Position numbers and translations under genes: made by a program
Assembly: GCA_026025795.1 (NCBI GenBank)
Contig: JAPEUG010000080.1
Location: 1-53,399, forward strand
DNA: 53,399 nucleotides
Reading direction: 5' to 3'
Source of the DNA: Thelocarpon superellum
Lineage: Eukaryota
Notes under the pieces: generated by a model
Seen by the model: only the letters and a program-made list of their open reading frames with translations
The model's database searches: none
What the model was told of the DNA's origin: nothing
Shown: positions 1 through 11,864 of the stretch, piece by piece
Numbering within the stretch: the first letter of the stretch is position 1
How the letters are laid out: each line of letters opens with the position of its first letter

Positions 1-338
1 CGTAACTGCTGGGATTCCGCCGCCGCGCGACGGTAGGCTTGGTAGACGTAGGTCCCATACGCCGTGAACGCGTAGACCCCAACGCCCAGCACGATCAATT
101 GACCAGTGCGCCCACGCTTCCATCGGGCATCAGCTCGGGGCTGCGGGAGGGGCTGCCGTGCGGGGAGCTTCTTGGCCGATGAGGGTCTGCAGACGGAGGT
201 TAGTGCGACGAAAGGACCGGTCGAAGTCATGCGATGTCGGCAGGGGACGGACTCGTAGGGAAGGGGAGCTCGTTCTCCCCGCGCGTGGCCAGGCACGGAC
301 GTGGGCGGCCCCGGGGCTCTTCGTCGAGGCCCGCTCAT
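1..338 (-). CDS. 5' part of a probable OMS1-like mitochondrial SAM-dependent methyltransferase (runs off the window start)
   Basis: ATG at 338 and intron 252..187 (GTCCGT..CTAAC..CAG) give MSGPRRRAPG...LPYE/PSSAKKLP...LIVLGVGVYAFTAYGTYVYQAYRRAAAESQQL. This basic leader plus single TM segment resembles fungal OMS1 N-termini. The catalytic domain is not in the window. Confidence 0.55.
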   Translation of the reverse strand, partial: MSGPRRRAPGPPTSVPGHARGERAPLPYESVPCRHRMTSTGPFVALTSVCRPSSAKKLPARQPLPQPRADARWKRGRTGQLIVLGVGVYAFTAYGTYVYQAYRRAAAESQQL

Positions 339-1170
339 TGCGCTCTACGTGTCGCGTCAATCAACTCAGCAAGGCGACTGGCGTCGCTCGGGGAGAGGAT
401 CTTGCGAGCCACTATGTCTTGGACGCCATCAATTGGGATGCGAAGACGCCCGCCTTCCATGATATCCGCGTGTTGGTTCGTCACGGAGCGTGCCGCTTAC
501 CGAGTGTAGACCGGCGGATTATGCCCAGGGAAGTGCGATGCGAGGCGGCTGCACGTCACCTCGAAGTCAACTTCCTGGAAAAGTACTTCGTACTGTGGAG
601 GCTCCATACGGGAGCACGAGGCTTCTGAGTAAGCCGCTTCATGTGACCCACAATAGCTGTATATTAGAACAACAAGTAGCTTCTGTAGAATAAACCACCC
701 ATTTCTAGTGGAATAACCGGGGTGCGTCAGTACCGTCACTGCTCTGGATCAAGGGTCACACCATTACTGCGCTACACGTCCATCGACGTCCACATGGTCA
801 GTATTCTGTCCCAACCCTCGTGCGTCGATGAAAATATCAAGTCTCGAGGTTCAGAATAATCATAGAACAATGCATGATTTTGGTCACACGGACGAGTATT
901 GGGGGTCTGCTCCTCTTTCGGTCTCGACCAGCATACTTGTGCCTGTGGTGTTCTCACGTACTACTACTACTACTAGTAGTAAGGAGATGTCTGCAGTGGG
1001 TACCTATTGTCTGGTGAGAGTGTCTTGTGAGAGGCTCATGCTACTACAAGCGCGCGGTGCGCTATTCGCACTCCGCCGTTCGCTAACTAATGCACATGGC
1101 AATGATCCTTGGCAAAGTGATCGCCCACACAAGGTCTTATCCACCAAACCCTCATGAATGTGCATCCGCC

Positions 1171-2711
1171 ATGGCAGAAAAGCCGGCTCCGTCCCCTCCG
1201 CCTCCGCCTCCACCTCCGCCTCCGCCTCCGTCGTCAATTCTCATCGTAGGCTCAGGGGTGTTTGGACGTAAGTGCTTCACGCGATCCTGGACCGCGGGGG
1301 ACAGCTCTAACCACGACGCACAGTATCGACGGCTTGGGCCCTGGCCACGCGACCCCGCTACGCCCGCACGCGCATCACCGTGCTCGACCGCTCGACCTTC
1401 CCCACGCCCAACGGTAGTAGCATCGACAGCTCGCGCATCATCCGGGCTGACTACAGCGACGCCGCATACGCCACGCTCGCCGCGGAGGCGCAGGCGCTGT
1501 GGCGGACAGCCGACTGGGGCGGGCAGGGCCGATACCACGAGAGCGGGCTCCTGTTGACGGCGGAGCGTGGAAAAGAAGACTACGTGCGCGGCAGCTTCGA
1601 GAATGTCTCCCGCATGCAGCACGACGCCCACGAGGCCAGCGGGGCCGCGATCGAGGAACTGTGTTCCCCCGAGGACATTGCGCGCGTGGCTTGCACCGGC
1701 GGCGGCGGGTCGGGCACCTGGGGCTATTTGAATCCGCGCAGTGGCTGGGCCGACGCCACGGCCGCGATGCAGCGGCTGCGCGACAAGGTCGAGGCGACGG
1801 GGCGCGTGGACTTCCTCGTCGGCGAAGCAAGCTCGTTGCTCGTCACGACTGACCGACGCGTCCAGGGGGTGCGTCTGCGTGACGGGGCGGCCCTCCACGC
1901 CGCCGTCACCATCCTCGCCACGGGAGCCTGGACGCCCACGCTCCTGGATCTCCGCGGCCGCGCCATGGCCACCGCCCAGCCCGTGGCCTACGTGGCCGTG
2001 ACGGAGGACGAAGTAGGCGCGCTGCGAGACATGCCCGTCATTCTGAACATGAGCACGGGGCATTTCGTCATCCCGCCGCACGCGGGACACCGCCATCTCA
2101 AGATCGCGCGCCACACGTACGGCTACGCCAATCCGCAGCAGGTTGCACATCCCGAGCCCCGCCACACGTCCTTCTCCACCTCGACCATCACCACTAGCGC
2201 GGCCCCGCCTCACGTCCCTGGCACGATCATAAGCGGGACCAGCACCCTGCCCGCATCTGCAGAAGCCTCCCTGCGGCGCGGTCTGGGCGAAATGATCCCA
2301 TCGCTCGCCACACGCCCATTCACATCCACCCGCCTGTGCTGGTACACCGACACGCCAGCGGGCGACTTCCTGATCACAGCTTCACACCCTTCGTACGCAG
2401 AGGGTAGCCTCGTCGTTGCCACGGGCGGGAGCGGGCACGCGTTCAAGTTCCTCCCTGTCATCGGGCACAAGGTCGTTGACTTGCTCGAGGGTACGCTTGA
2501 TGCCTCGCTGAAAGAGAAATGGGCCTGGGCACCTGACCGAAGCATGGGTGGAGAGGGAGGGGGAGGGGGAACGGAGGGGTACATGGTCTATACAGAAGAC
2601 GGCAGCCGAGGGGGTGAGAAGGGATGGATTCTGGAAGACGAGATGAAGAAGCAGAGCTCGGCTACCTCGCCTGCCCTGGGTAATGCTGGAGATCGGCGCA
2701 GCCGGCTGTGA
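1171..2711 (+). CDS. FAD-dependent oxidoreductase, sarcosine oxidase/L-pipecolate oxidase/fructosyl-amino-acid oxidase family, likely peroxisomal
   Basis: Intron 1268..1323 (GTAAGT..CTAAC..CAG) restores the Rossmann motif IVGSGVFGLSTAWAL. Also has SSIDSSRIIRADY, RLCWYTDTP, TGGSGHAFKFLPVIG and a C-terminal -SRL (PTS1). Confidence 0.92.
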
Positions 2712-3756
2712 CAGAGTTTCTGTGCTAGTGCATGCTCATGTCTCACGGCTCTATGATTTAGATCTCGAGATCTCGAGTAGAGTGGAGTGGAGTGGAGGAG
2801 AGCTAGACAGTGCGCCGTAGACTGATGCTTCTTGATACCAGACTTGATCCCATCACCCTCATGCTGACCTGCGTGATTTACGCGTCTACGCTCGCCATCA
2901 CCATAACTCGCACGACGTCACAAAGCCATGAAATAGGCACCAGTGGGTATATTGTTCATGTATTCTTTCATGTATGAATCTCTCTATGGCCATGACGTAG
3001 GAAGATCTCAGAGCCGGCACGAATGCATGCATGCATGCCTGCAAGCCAGCAAGGGGCAAACCAAGGGCGAGACGAAAGTGACTCGCAACGAGGAATGCCG
3101 CACGATGCCCGGCGAAGCGAAGCGATGCGAAGCGGCGCGGCGTCGAGGGGTCGAACCTGACGGACTGACTGGCGATTCGAGGGGGGGAAGCCGTGCGCTG
3201 AATACGCCATACCCATGCGTCTCCTGCGTGTTTCCCGTGACAATTTCAAAAGCGTCTTCCGCCACCAGACACTCACATCTTCAAGTGCTCGAGGTCTGTC
3301 TGCCTCCCGCGATGGAGAGGAGAAGGGCTCGATTGGTGCAACGGCGGCCGTGCTGAGATCGCACACACCATCGTGGTGAAGGATGAGTGACTGCCCGGGC
3401 GGGAGTAAAGTCTAAGGTGGAAGGGGGTGGAGAAGGAAGAAAAAGCCCTCGCTGCTGGTGGACGCCCCCGAGTCCACGTTCCGATCCCTCAATGAACTCC
3501 AGGCGATGCGTCGCAAAGTACAGGCCACAACGACGACAAGCAACCGGACGAACTATCGATCCGGGGGGGGGGATTTAGGGTCGGCGCTCGAAACCTCTAG
3601 GGCCACACATTCTGATGGGATCCCCGTGTTTTTGGTGTGCTTCGTAAAGGCGTGAGTGGAAAGCCGCTTTGGTAATACACGTGGCCAAGGTGAAGGGGAA
3701 GAAGGTGGTTTTGTACAAGGGAGGTGGGGAAGGTGGAATGATCATCGCCATGATGC

Positions 3757-4734
3757 TCAGGACTTGCGGAAGTCTGCCAGCTGTCAGTGATGTGACTCTC
3801 CCGACGACAAGATCGTCGCGCGCGTGGTCGCCTACCGGTGAGCACGGGATAGATCATCTGGAAGGCCTGGTAGATCTCCTCGCGCACCTTGGCCCCGGTC
3901 AAGACGATCTTGCCACTGACGAAGATCAGGAGCACGATCTTGGGCTTGATCATGCGGTAGATGAGACCGGGGAACAGCTCCGGCTCATAGGAGCTGAAGT
4001 GGTGGTGGCGTGAGGCCAGGCCCTCCAGACGGATGGGGAACTTGATGTCGCACGAGCCCACGATGTTCTGGATCTTGAAGTCCGTGAACTTGGCGTTGAA
4101 GCCGAGCTTCTGGATGATGCGCGCATATTTGCGTGAGGCCAGCTTCGAGTCGTCCTCCGACTTCGCGCCCGTGACCACCATCTTGCCAGAGGCGAAGATC
4201 AAGGCCGTCGTCTTCGGTTCACGAATGCGCATGATGACGGCCGCGAAACGCTAGACGACACCGTTTAGTCACGACCGTGGCACATCCGAGGACAGCCACG
4301 AGTGTGCAGTACCTTGGGATTGTACTCGGCGTTCCTCGCATGCAGAGCAATCGTCTTGAGGTCCAGGCGGCAATCGAGATTGACCGTGGCGACGATGTTT
4401 CTTCAAACATGCAAGTCTAAGCCTTGTGCAGACAGACCAAGCCACAGGGTGATACTTACTGGAGCGTCGGCACAATCCCACTCGGTCCCGCGTCGTGGCT
4501 GGCGCTCGGCGTCGCGGCCGGCGTCGCGGGGGTCACCCCCTTGCCCGACGTCGGCCCATCACTCGACCCGTGGCCATTCATCCCGTTGACGCCGTTTTTC
4601 TGTCCCACGTTGCCATCCTTCTCCGATGACGGTGGGGTCAGATCGCCGGCTCCACCAGGGAATGACAGCGACGACGGGGAGGTGAAGGCCTTGGCTTGCT
4701 GCGCCGTGGACGGGTGGGTCTGGAGCGTATCCAT
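3757..4734 (-). CDS. SPT15: TATA-box-binding protein (TBP)
   Basis: Exons 4734-4460, 4400-4313, 4250-3836 and 3773-3757 splice to ...[68 protein letters not shown]...YPVLTDFRKS*. Confidence 0.99.
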
Positions 4735-5346
4735 CTTGTGCGTCGCCTGAGGTCACGGTGACGTGACACGAACCAGCGGTGGAGTGGAGTGGAGCAGAGT
4801 CAGGTGGTGCGGAGAGGAGCGGAATATGATCGAGAAGATCAGGAGGCGAGCGTCTGCGATGGAGGATGTGTTAGGTTTCGGTTTAGGCTTGAGATCGCAC
4901 CCAGCCGACGACGGAGATCCGACGACCGATGGAGGCGGACGACCGAGGGACGGGTGGAGCGGGCGAGACGAGGACTGATCGTACCGGTTGCGGGAGATGA
5001 ACAACTCAATGTCTCCCCTACAGTCGCTGCTCGATGAGAAGACTGAGGTTGATCGGTGATCGGGCTCAGTCGGATATTAGGGAGCGCGGCAGGTGACAGC
5101 GGCAGTACCAGATCGCCGCGTCGTGCAAGGTGCTCGGCAAGAACACCGGGTGAGACGAGGTGGTGGCAAAGAGAACGGGTAGGTCGTCGCTCACGGACAG
5201 ATCGGCCCAGGTGTCTACACGGCGATGGGAGAGTACGATCGTCGATTTTGTGGCTCTTCGTTGGAAGAGGAAAAATCACGATCCACAAGTCAGGACGAAG
5301 AGAAGGAAGCCAGCACAAAAGGCTGGGTCGTGGCTGGCTGTTGCGT

Positions 5347-5472
5347 TGTGACTGTTGGCGGCGGGGTGTGCGCAACAATCAGAAACGCCAAGCCGAGGAC
5401 GAGTCGCGAAAGATTTCGAAAAGAGGCGGGCGGGCAAGCGAGCTTATATAGAATCCGCGGCAGAGTGACTCA
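5347..5472 (-). promoter_or_regulatory. Candidate TBP core promoter: TATATAA (5450-5444), CAGTCACA HomolD-like box (5354-5347), TGACTCA AP-1/Gcn4-type site (5466-5472)
   Basis: Motifs read directly from the sequence. They sit at the far end of the ATG-free leader upstream of TBP. Function is inferred. Confidence 0.4.
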
Positions 5473-5899
5473 TGGCCACCCGTCCCCGCCGCCGCCCGCC
5501 AGAGTCACTACTCGGGCAGGGACGGGGGCCCAGCGGCGCCGCAAGCAAGCAACACAAGGGACACAGGAGGTCGGCTACGGGAAACAGGCTAGTGCCGGAT
5601 GCGGCTTACCGCGCCCTCCTCTCCCTCGCGGCCGCGCACCGCAAAACCCGGCGATGCGTGCCCAGGCCGACTAATGAAACTGCTAATCGTCCTTAGTGCC
5701 GTCGTGATTCCGCTAGGCGTGCATTAGCTCGGCAGAAACTGCAAGGGTCTGTGGCATGCAGCCAATAGGGGGACGTGACGCGGCCTCTGCTCCGTGATTT
5801 CTGCTCACCAGCCTGTCCTTGCATTGGACCTGTGAGCTGGGGAGCTGCGAGCTGCGAGTCGTGAGCTCTGCGCCTCCTGGCGTTCTGCGACCATCCGAT

Positions 5900-6900
5900 C
5901 CCACCTCTTTCAACATGGAATCTTGGAATCTTTTGTTTGTCGGAAGCCGTCCCTTCTCCCCCATCCTCTCCACCATCTGTTCTGTGCACCACGATTTACC
6001 CACCCTACGATATCGGGCTGTGGGACCGAAGCTCTAGTGCGCCGGCACCAGCGCCACCATCAGCATTGCGGCCACCCGCCGGCGACCGGCATCATCGTGG
6101 TTGGGAATGGAGGGTCTTTGCACGGGCGATCTGTTCGGGCGAGGTCATCGTCATGCTCACCACGTCGCATCATTTGTGGATAGCAGGGTTGTTTGCTGGG
6201 GCACTCCTCCAGGTACGAGGGATCGTCTCCCGGGCGGATGGTGCCTGCGGCGCCCCCGTCGCTTAAGGCTGGGCTCATCCGGGCCCGGTCCATGATCGAC
6301 ATCCAACGCCGCACTGGTCCTGCCATGCCCGCTCGACACCGGCGTGCGACCTGAGCTTGAGGAGACGCCGTGGACGGCAATAGATGCCGCGACGGTGGTG
6401 GAGATGATTGAGCATGAGATCATGCGGCCCATGGCCCAGGCGCCCGTCAAGGTTTGTCCGCCAGGCTTCCGAGTCCAAGGCGTCCTGCGCCCGCGGTCAG
6501 GCTCTCAATGCGTAAGTCGTCCGGTCGTGCGATCCGTGGCAAAGGGATGATGATGCCGTGCTCAGCCTTGTTTGCGACATCCTCCGTAGCTGCCGCATGA
6601 CGGGTGGGCGGGCGGGGAGGGGAGGAACCCGGCGGGCCAATCACCGCTCGCCACCGTCGCCGCACCGGCCCGCCACCTCTGCGCCACCCTTGCCCCGGCC
6701 CGATCACATGCAAAACGAAAACGTCCCGATGGTATCATGATGGTATTACCCTGCGACTACGAGGTCTCCAATCACGGCATACTGGTTATCTGATCAACGA
6801 TGAGATGAGTGTGCTCCTCTACATGGATAACGTGCATTCCCCACCACCTCTCATCTCTCATCGCTGAATTGAGGAATGTCGCGATAACCCTGGGTATCAT
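5900..6900 (+). ncRNA. Candidate structured lncRNA, possibly telomerase RNA (boundaries approximate)
   Basis: No convincing CDS. Template-like ACGAT-TTACCCACCCT-ACGAT at 5991-6011. Long helices 5963-5977/6394-6408, 6574-6584/6871-6882, 6599-6615/6644-6658 and 6794-6809/6850-6867. CCAAT at 5762. Canonical pseudoknot, P6.1 and Sm site not identified. Confidence 0.3.
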
Positions 6901-6990
6901 CCACGTCTACATACAAACGAGGTCACGAATCGACGGGATGCAACCATTTGATCCACCACCCCCCCCCTCCTGTACATGCGGGGCCTCAGA

Positions 6991-7760
6991 TCAAGACACT
7001 GCTCGCGAGTGCTTACAGCCGCGAAGAGGCTGGACGCGCGTGGGCGTCAAGTTGGCCGGCACTCGAGAGGCTTGGGGTCGTCGAGGCGCCCGAGGGTGAT
7101 GCGGGGCAGGGTTCGCGGACGCCATGGCCGCGCGCTGGGCGGCCGTGGACTTGCGTCGGGCATCACGCACCGACTTCTTTAACCGGCAGACGTACCATTC
7201 GTGATCTGTGCTCACGGAAGCGGTTAGCGAGGCCATTCAGCAAGGATGAAGCCGTCCAGCGAGGTGCGGGCGCGGGCGCGGACACAGAAGAGGAAGCACT
7301 CACGCTCATCCTTCTGTCGCTGATACTCCTCGATATGTGCATGGAGCAGATCACGCAAGCGCGTCACCTCCAGATTCACTACCTGCAGATTCGCCTGCGC
7401 GTGACGACAGTGGGCCTGCCAATCCTCCGCCAGGCGCAGCTGCCATTTCAGCTGCATCCGCTCCTCGTCGAAGTCCGCGTCCGCCTGCGTCGCATTCTCC
7501 TCACATTCCGTGAGGGCCTGGCGAAGTGCGTCCACCTCTCCATCTTCGGTCGGCGCTTCGATGCTGGATATATACTGGATTAGCTCGTCTCGTGCCCCGG
7601 ATGGCCCGCTAATTAGCAGCGCACGAGCCTGTTCGCCCACCCCGGTCGTGAGGCGTTCCCAGAGTTTCGTGGGGGACATGTCCCGCTCGAAGACCTGCGA
7701 CTCGCCGCTGCTGGCGCCGTCGCTGTCGGATAGGAAGGCAATGAAATCGTCGGCGGACAT
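6991..7760 (-). CDS. Orphan protein with a central coiled coil and a basic C-terminus
   Basis: Intron 7303..7206 (GTGAGT..GCTAAC..CAG) joins ORF 7224..7760 in frame to ORF 6991..7236. TATATAG near 7900 upstream. Heptad-like E/Q/L-rich helix. Confidence 0.7.
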
Positions 7761-8323
7761 GGTGGGATGAGATGAGATGCAATGATATGACAGGATGGAT
7801 CACTGGAACTGAGTGTCCGGGATGATCTGAAGACGGGAGCTGGGGATTCGATATCGTAGACACGGACGAGGTTTATGTCGAGTCCAGGGCCCGCTCTATA
7901 TAGGCCTGCGCTTTCCACAGGGGTGGCGGGGCAGACACAGTCATCGCCTTTGTCAATCTTCATCGTCTCCCTTTTCCGAGGCGGAGACAATAATGCCATG
8001 GTTAGAGGAGGGCCGCGGTCAAAGAAAGGAGGTCATGCGAGCGCACCAGCCTGATCATTTATCATGCCTTTCATTGTCTCGACATGTCATAGAATAATCC
8101 GTTGTTGCTTCTTCGATCAAAGAGAACGACGAATGAATGGGATTGTGATGAAGATGTTCCTTTGTCTCGAGCCACCGTCGCTCAAGGATGAACAAAATAC
8201 CCCTCCCGAAGACGTCCTCATGGTGTGGACTGACCCAACCAAACACCGTGTGCCTCGCCCCTGACGATTCATCTCGGAGTCGTGCCAGAATGGCAAACGA
8301 CGCCTTTCAATCATCAAAAATGC

Positions 8324-11300
8324 CTAGGTGTCTGTGGTCTCTCTCAAATCGGCCTCCACCCCGGTTGTCTCGACCGCATCATCAGCTATTGTTTCACCTG
8401 CGCCCTTCACCGCCGGGGTGGGTGGAACGATGAAGGATGGGACGACCTCATCATCTGGCGCTTTCACCTGTGATGGCACCACCTCCGTTGGTGAAGGATT
8501 AGATGGCTTTGCGGTGGTGGAGACATCTTCCTCGTCGTGCAACGCCGTCTCCGACGAGAGGGGCACGATGCCGGGGTTCGATGACGCACCGCTGTTCGCA
8601 GGCTCGTAGGAAGGATCGCTGGCATGAGTCGGCGCGTTGGTCTCCACTTGCGATGAGTTGACGGGAGTGGCTGTCGCCTTGTCGGTGCCCTCCGCGGCTT
8701 CCACCAGCTCGCGTTCCGTCGCTTCAGAGGCGGATGCACCGGCCCCTGACTGGACTAGTCCAGCACCAGTCACAGGATCTTCAGAGAGCTTGGCGACCGG
8801 AGGCGAATTCTGGGAAGGCACGGACGTGTCCACAACTGCGTCATTCGCGTCATGCACGTTGACTTCTCCGTCGTCGGTGATGTGCCAGATCGTGTGTGCT
8901 TGCACAAGGGAGAGCGAGGCCGTGGCCGGCGATTGTGGGGACTCGTTCATGACGGCTGATGGCGAGGCGGCCGGCTTACGCCGCGCGGGACCACGGGCGC
9001 GGCCTTTGCGCGCATCTGTGAGCGGAACGCTCTCTTTGGGTCCCATGTCTGCGAGCGCGGACACTTCCTTCTCCTTGGGCGGCTTCGTGGCCTGCGGGCC
9101 AATCTGTAGACGTTTATCCAGGTCGGACATGAAACCGGCTTTGAATGCGGCCAGCTTGCCACCGCTGGGTCGAATGGGCACAGCGGGCTTGGGCTTCGGG
9201 CTTGGTGCGGCCGGGTCTTTGTTCGCCGAACCGGCGTCCTCTGGCGGCTCCCCGGACTTGGCCGACGACTTCGACGTCGTCTTCGCCAAAGGAACATGCT
9301 CCGTGGAGTCCCGGGCGATGACCCGGGCCGGGCGAGCAGGTACCTGCGGCTTGGGTTTCTCGGGAATGAGGGGAGCCTTGCGCTCCGACATTGGCGAGGC
9401 CACCAGCTCAGCGCTGCTGTTGGACCTAGAGACTACATCGGCCGCCGGGTCGCGACGTGTTCGCGCGGCGGGGCGCAATGGCACCCGTGGCTGCTGCCGC
9501 TGGTCTTTGTGATCATCCCCAGCAGCGACCTTGGCCGGGCGTGGCGGCACCTGCGGCTGGTTTGTCGGACTAGACGCCAGCTCCCCACCCCTCCTTTCCT
9601 GGCGTTCGACGCTCCCTCCCGCCATGGCTTGCTCCGCAGCGCCCGGAGGGCTCTTCGTGTCGTCGAGCTGTGGGGTTGAAACAGTGGTTTGCAGCTGAAG
9701 ACTGGCAGGTGTGTCCTCCCAGATGTCTCGGCTTGGAAAGCGCTGCTTCAGGGAGGGCCGCCCGTTGACCTCGTTGCGCAGATGAGAAGGAATCGCAGAT
9801 TTGGACACATCACCCGCCTCCTCAGCGGCGTCTGGGCCCTCGTCACGGTCAGTGACCTCGGATGGGTTCAGTGACTCCGCGGTCTCCCGCTCAGCGGGTT
9901 GGACAGGTCGATCGTCTTGTGGTAAGTCTGGAGTAGACACCGTGGCCATCAGCTTGGCACTGCTTGGGGCATCTTCCCAGATATCTTGACTCGGGAAGCG
10001 GTGTTTGTTTTGGTCCGGCCGCTTCAATCGTTCCACCGCGCTCGGTGGTCGCTTCGCCTTCTTCTCGGCCTTTGAATCATCTTCCGGGAAGAGCGGCTCG
10101 TACTCTTCGACATCCTCCAGCGGTGTGCCGAGCTCTTCACGCTCTGGATATGAGATGAATCGCGAGAGGGGTGCCAGGGAACCACTAATGCTCCCAGGGC
10201 GACTACTGGGACGACTGTTGGCAGCGCTCGATGATCGACTTCCGTTGCGATAAGAAGGGAGAGAATCCGGTTCAGGGGTCGCGTGGTATTCACCGCCTCT
10301 CATTTCCTGATGCGGTTCGATGGCTGGCTGCAGAAACTCGAGGCCTCTTTCTTTGGCTACTTCATCCGAGGCCAGGATTGGCGTGCCGTAGCCTAGCTCG
10401 TCAATCCAGCCACCCTCCTCCTCGGTATTACCACCATGCGGGCCTAGTTCTTCAGTGGGAGGATCGTAGCCCGCGCCACCCATCTTGCTGGCGGATCGTG
10501 ATGGCGGGTCGACGTGGATGACATCTTCGTCTCCATCGACCTCGACTGCATGCTCCGAGGGGCGGGCACCTGACAGCGGGCTCGACGACGATACCTGGGG
10601 CTTGTCCCCGTCACCCTCCTCCGTGGGCATGCTAGCCTTCCGCAAGGGGGACTCGACGTGGGGCTGCGAGTGGTTCGAATGGGCGAGTGGAAAGTTCGGT
10701 GTTGACGGAGAGTGCGAGGAGGCAAGCCGGGATGCATATTCCTCCGAGGCCATGTAGCCGATCTGTTCGTCCGGTGTGCTCACGGCACCCGCCGTTCCTA
10801 CAGCCCACGAGTCAATCTTGTGCCCGCACTAAGGTACGCCGCTCGTGCCAGGGCTTACCTAAACCAGCCCCACGGTGGGCCGTTTCCCGCACGATCTTAT
10901 TGAGGTCGTCGCTGCTCAAGGCCCACTCGCCACGGCCCCCGCCAATGCCCGGTCCATACTCGCCGTGCTCCTCCCTCTCCAGGGCTTCCGGATGCTTTTC
11001 GTACCACGCCTTCTCGAAGCGGTCCTGGACCGGGGTACCGTGACCATGAAGGCCATAGCTCCCCGGCGGTAGCTGTTCCTGCCCGCTCCGCAAACGTCGA
11101 TGATGGCGGCCAGCACGGAGCTGTCCGTCACTGTGGTATCCGATGCCCGTGGACGGGGCTGACCCAAAGGGCGACGGGGACGGGGCCTGGACATCGCCAG
11201 CGTTGGGGTACATGGGGACGCGCTGGCCGATCTCGGGGATGCCATGCTCACTCTCACCGGGCTGGACAGAGCCGGGGCGTTCCGTCGAGGCAGATGATTC

Positions 11301-11864
11301 CTGGCTCGCGAAGCTCGTCCGCGTCTTCAAAGGGCGGCTGTATGGGTCGACGTCGTCGCCGTGGGCCTTGCCGATGCCTGCGGCGGCGGCCTGCTGCGAG
11401 TCGGTCCGGGTCACGGTAGCGATTCTCGCCTTGGCGCTGGACGTGGGCAGGCCCGGCTTTGGGGCGTGGAGCTGAACGTCGCTACCCACGTTTCTGGTCT
11501 CGGTGTGCGAGGGCGGGAAGGAGTCACCGGCCACGCGGGCGGGTGACGGGTCGTCCACCACGCTGGCATACTCGCTGCCTTCTTGGCCGATGGAGGGTAG
11601 AGTGACACTGGGGGAACGAGGTGGAAGGCTAGAACTCAAAGAGCTCTGGTCGCTGCTGCCCAACCCCCCGCTCTGATTCGACACTGTTCGGCTGAGGGGC
11701 GACGGAGCGAAGCGATCTTGGCTGGGAGATCGCGAGCGGTCTGGACGACGCGCCGGTCGTGCGGGACGCGGGGGAATCGTGGGAATGTCCTTGGGTAGAG
11801 CCATGGCGGGTGTTTCTCTATGGGTCCGAATAGGACGAGGAGGGATGGAGGGAATGGCAGACAT
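8324..11864 (-). CDS. AIM21: Altered inheritance of mitochondria protein 21 (actin-patch protein, DUF3210-type)
   Basis: Intron 10858..10798 joins the two long ORFs. Motifs IPEIGQRVPMYPNAGDVQAP, YGTPILASDEV, HRFPSQDIWED, FMSDLDKRL and LTDARKGRARGPARRKP. Confidence 0.9.

Noticed and set aside
1152..2213. 353-aa minus-strand ORF, and similar long antisense ORFs at 8637-9512 and 37842-39008
   Set aside because: They overlap well-supported genes on the opposite strand and show no recognisable motifs.
3570..3605. TTAGGG/CTAGGG pair downstream of TBP
   Set aside because: Isolated hexamers in the TBP 3'UTR, neither a telomeric array nor a convincing template.
4867..4890. CCTAAACCGAAACCTAA (minus strand) as an alternative telomerase template
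   Set aside because: It coincides with the CCTAAC branch point of the TBP 5'UTR intron.
6150..6800. Small spliced secreted-protein model (MLTTSHHLWIAGLFAGALLQ..., donors at 6213 and 6512)
   Set aside because: No good branch point or acceptor gives a continuous frame and there is no recognisable domain. Not fully excluded.
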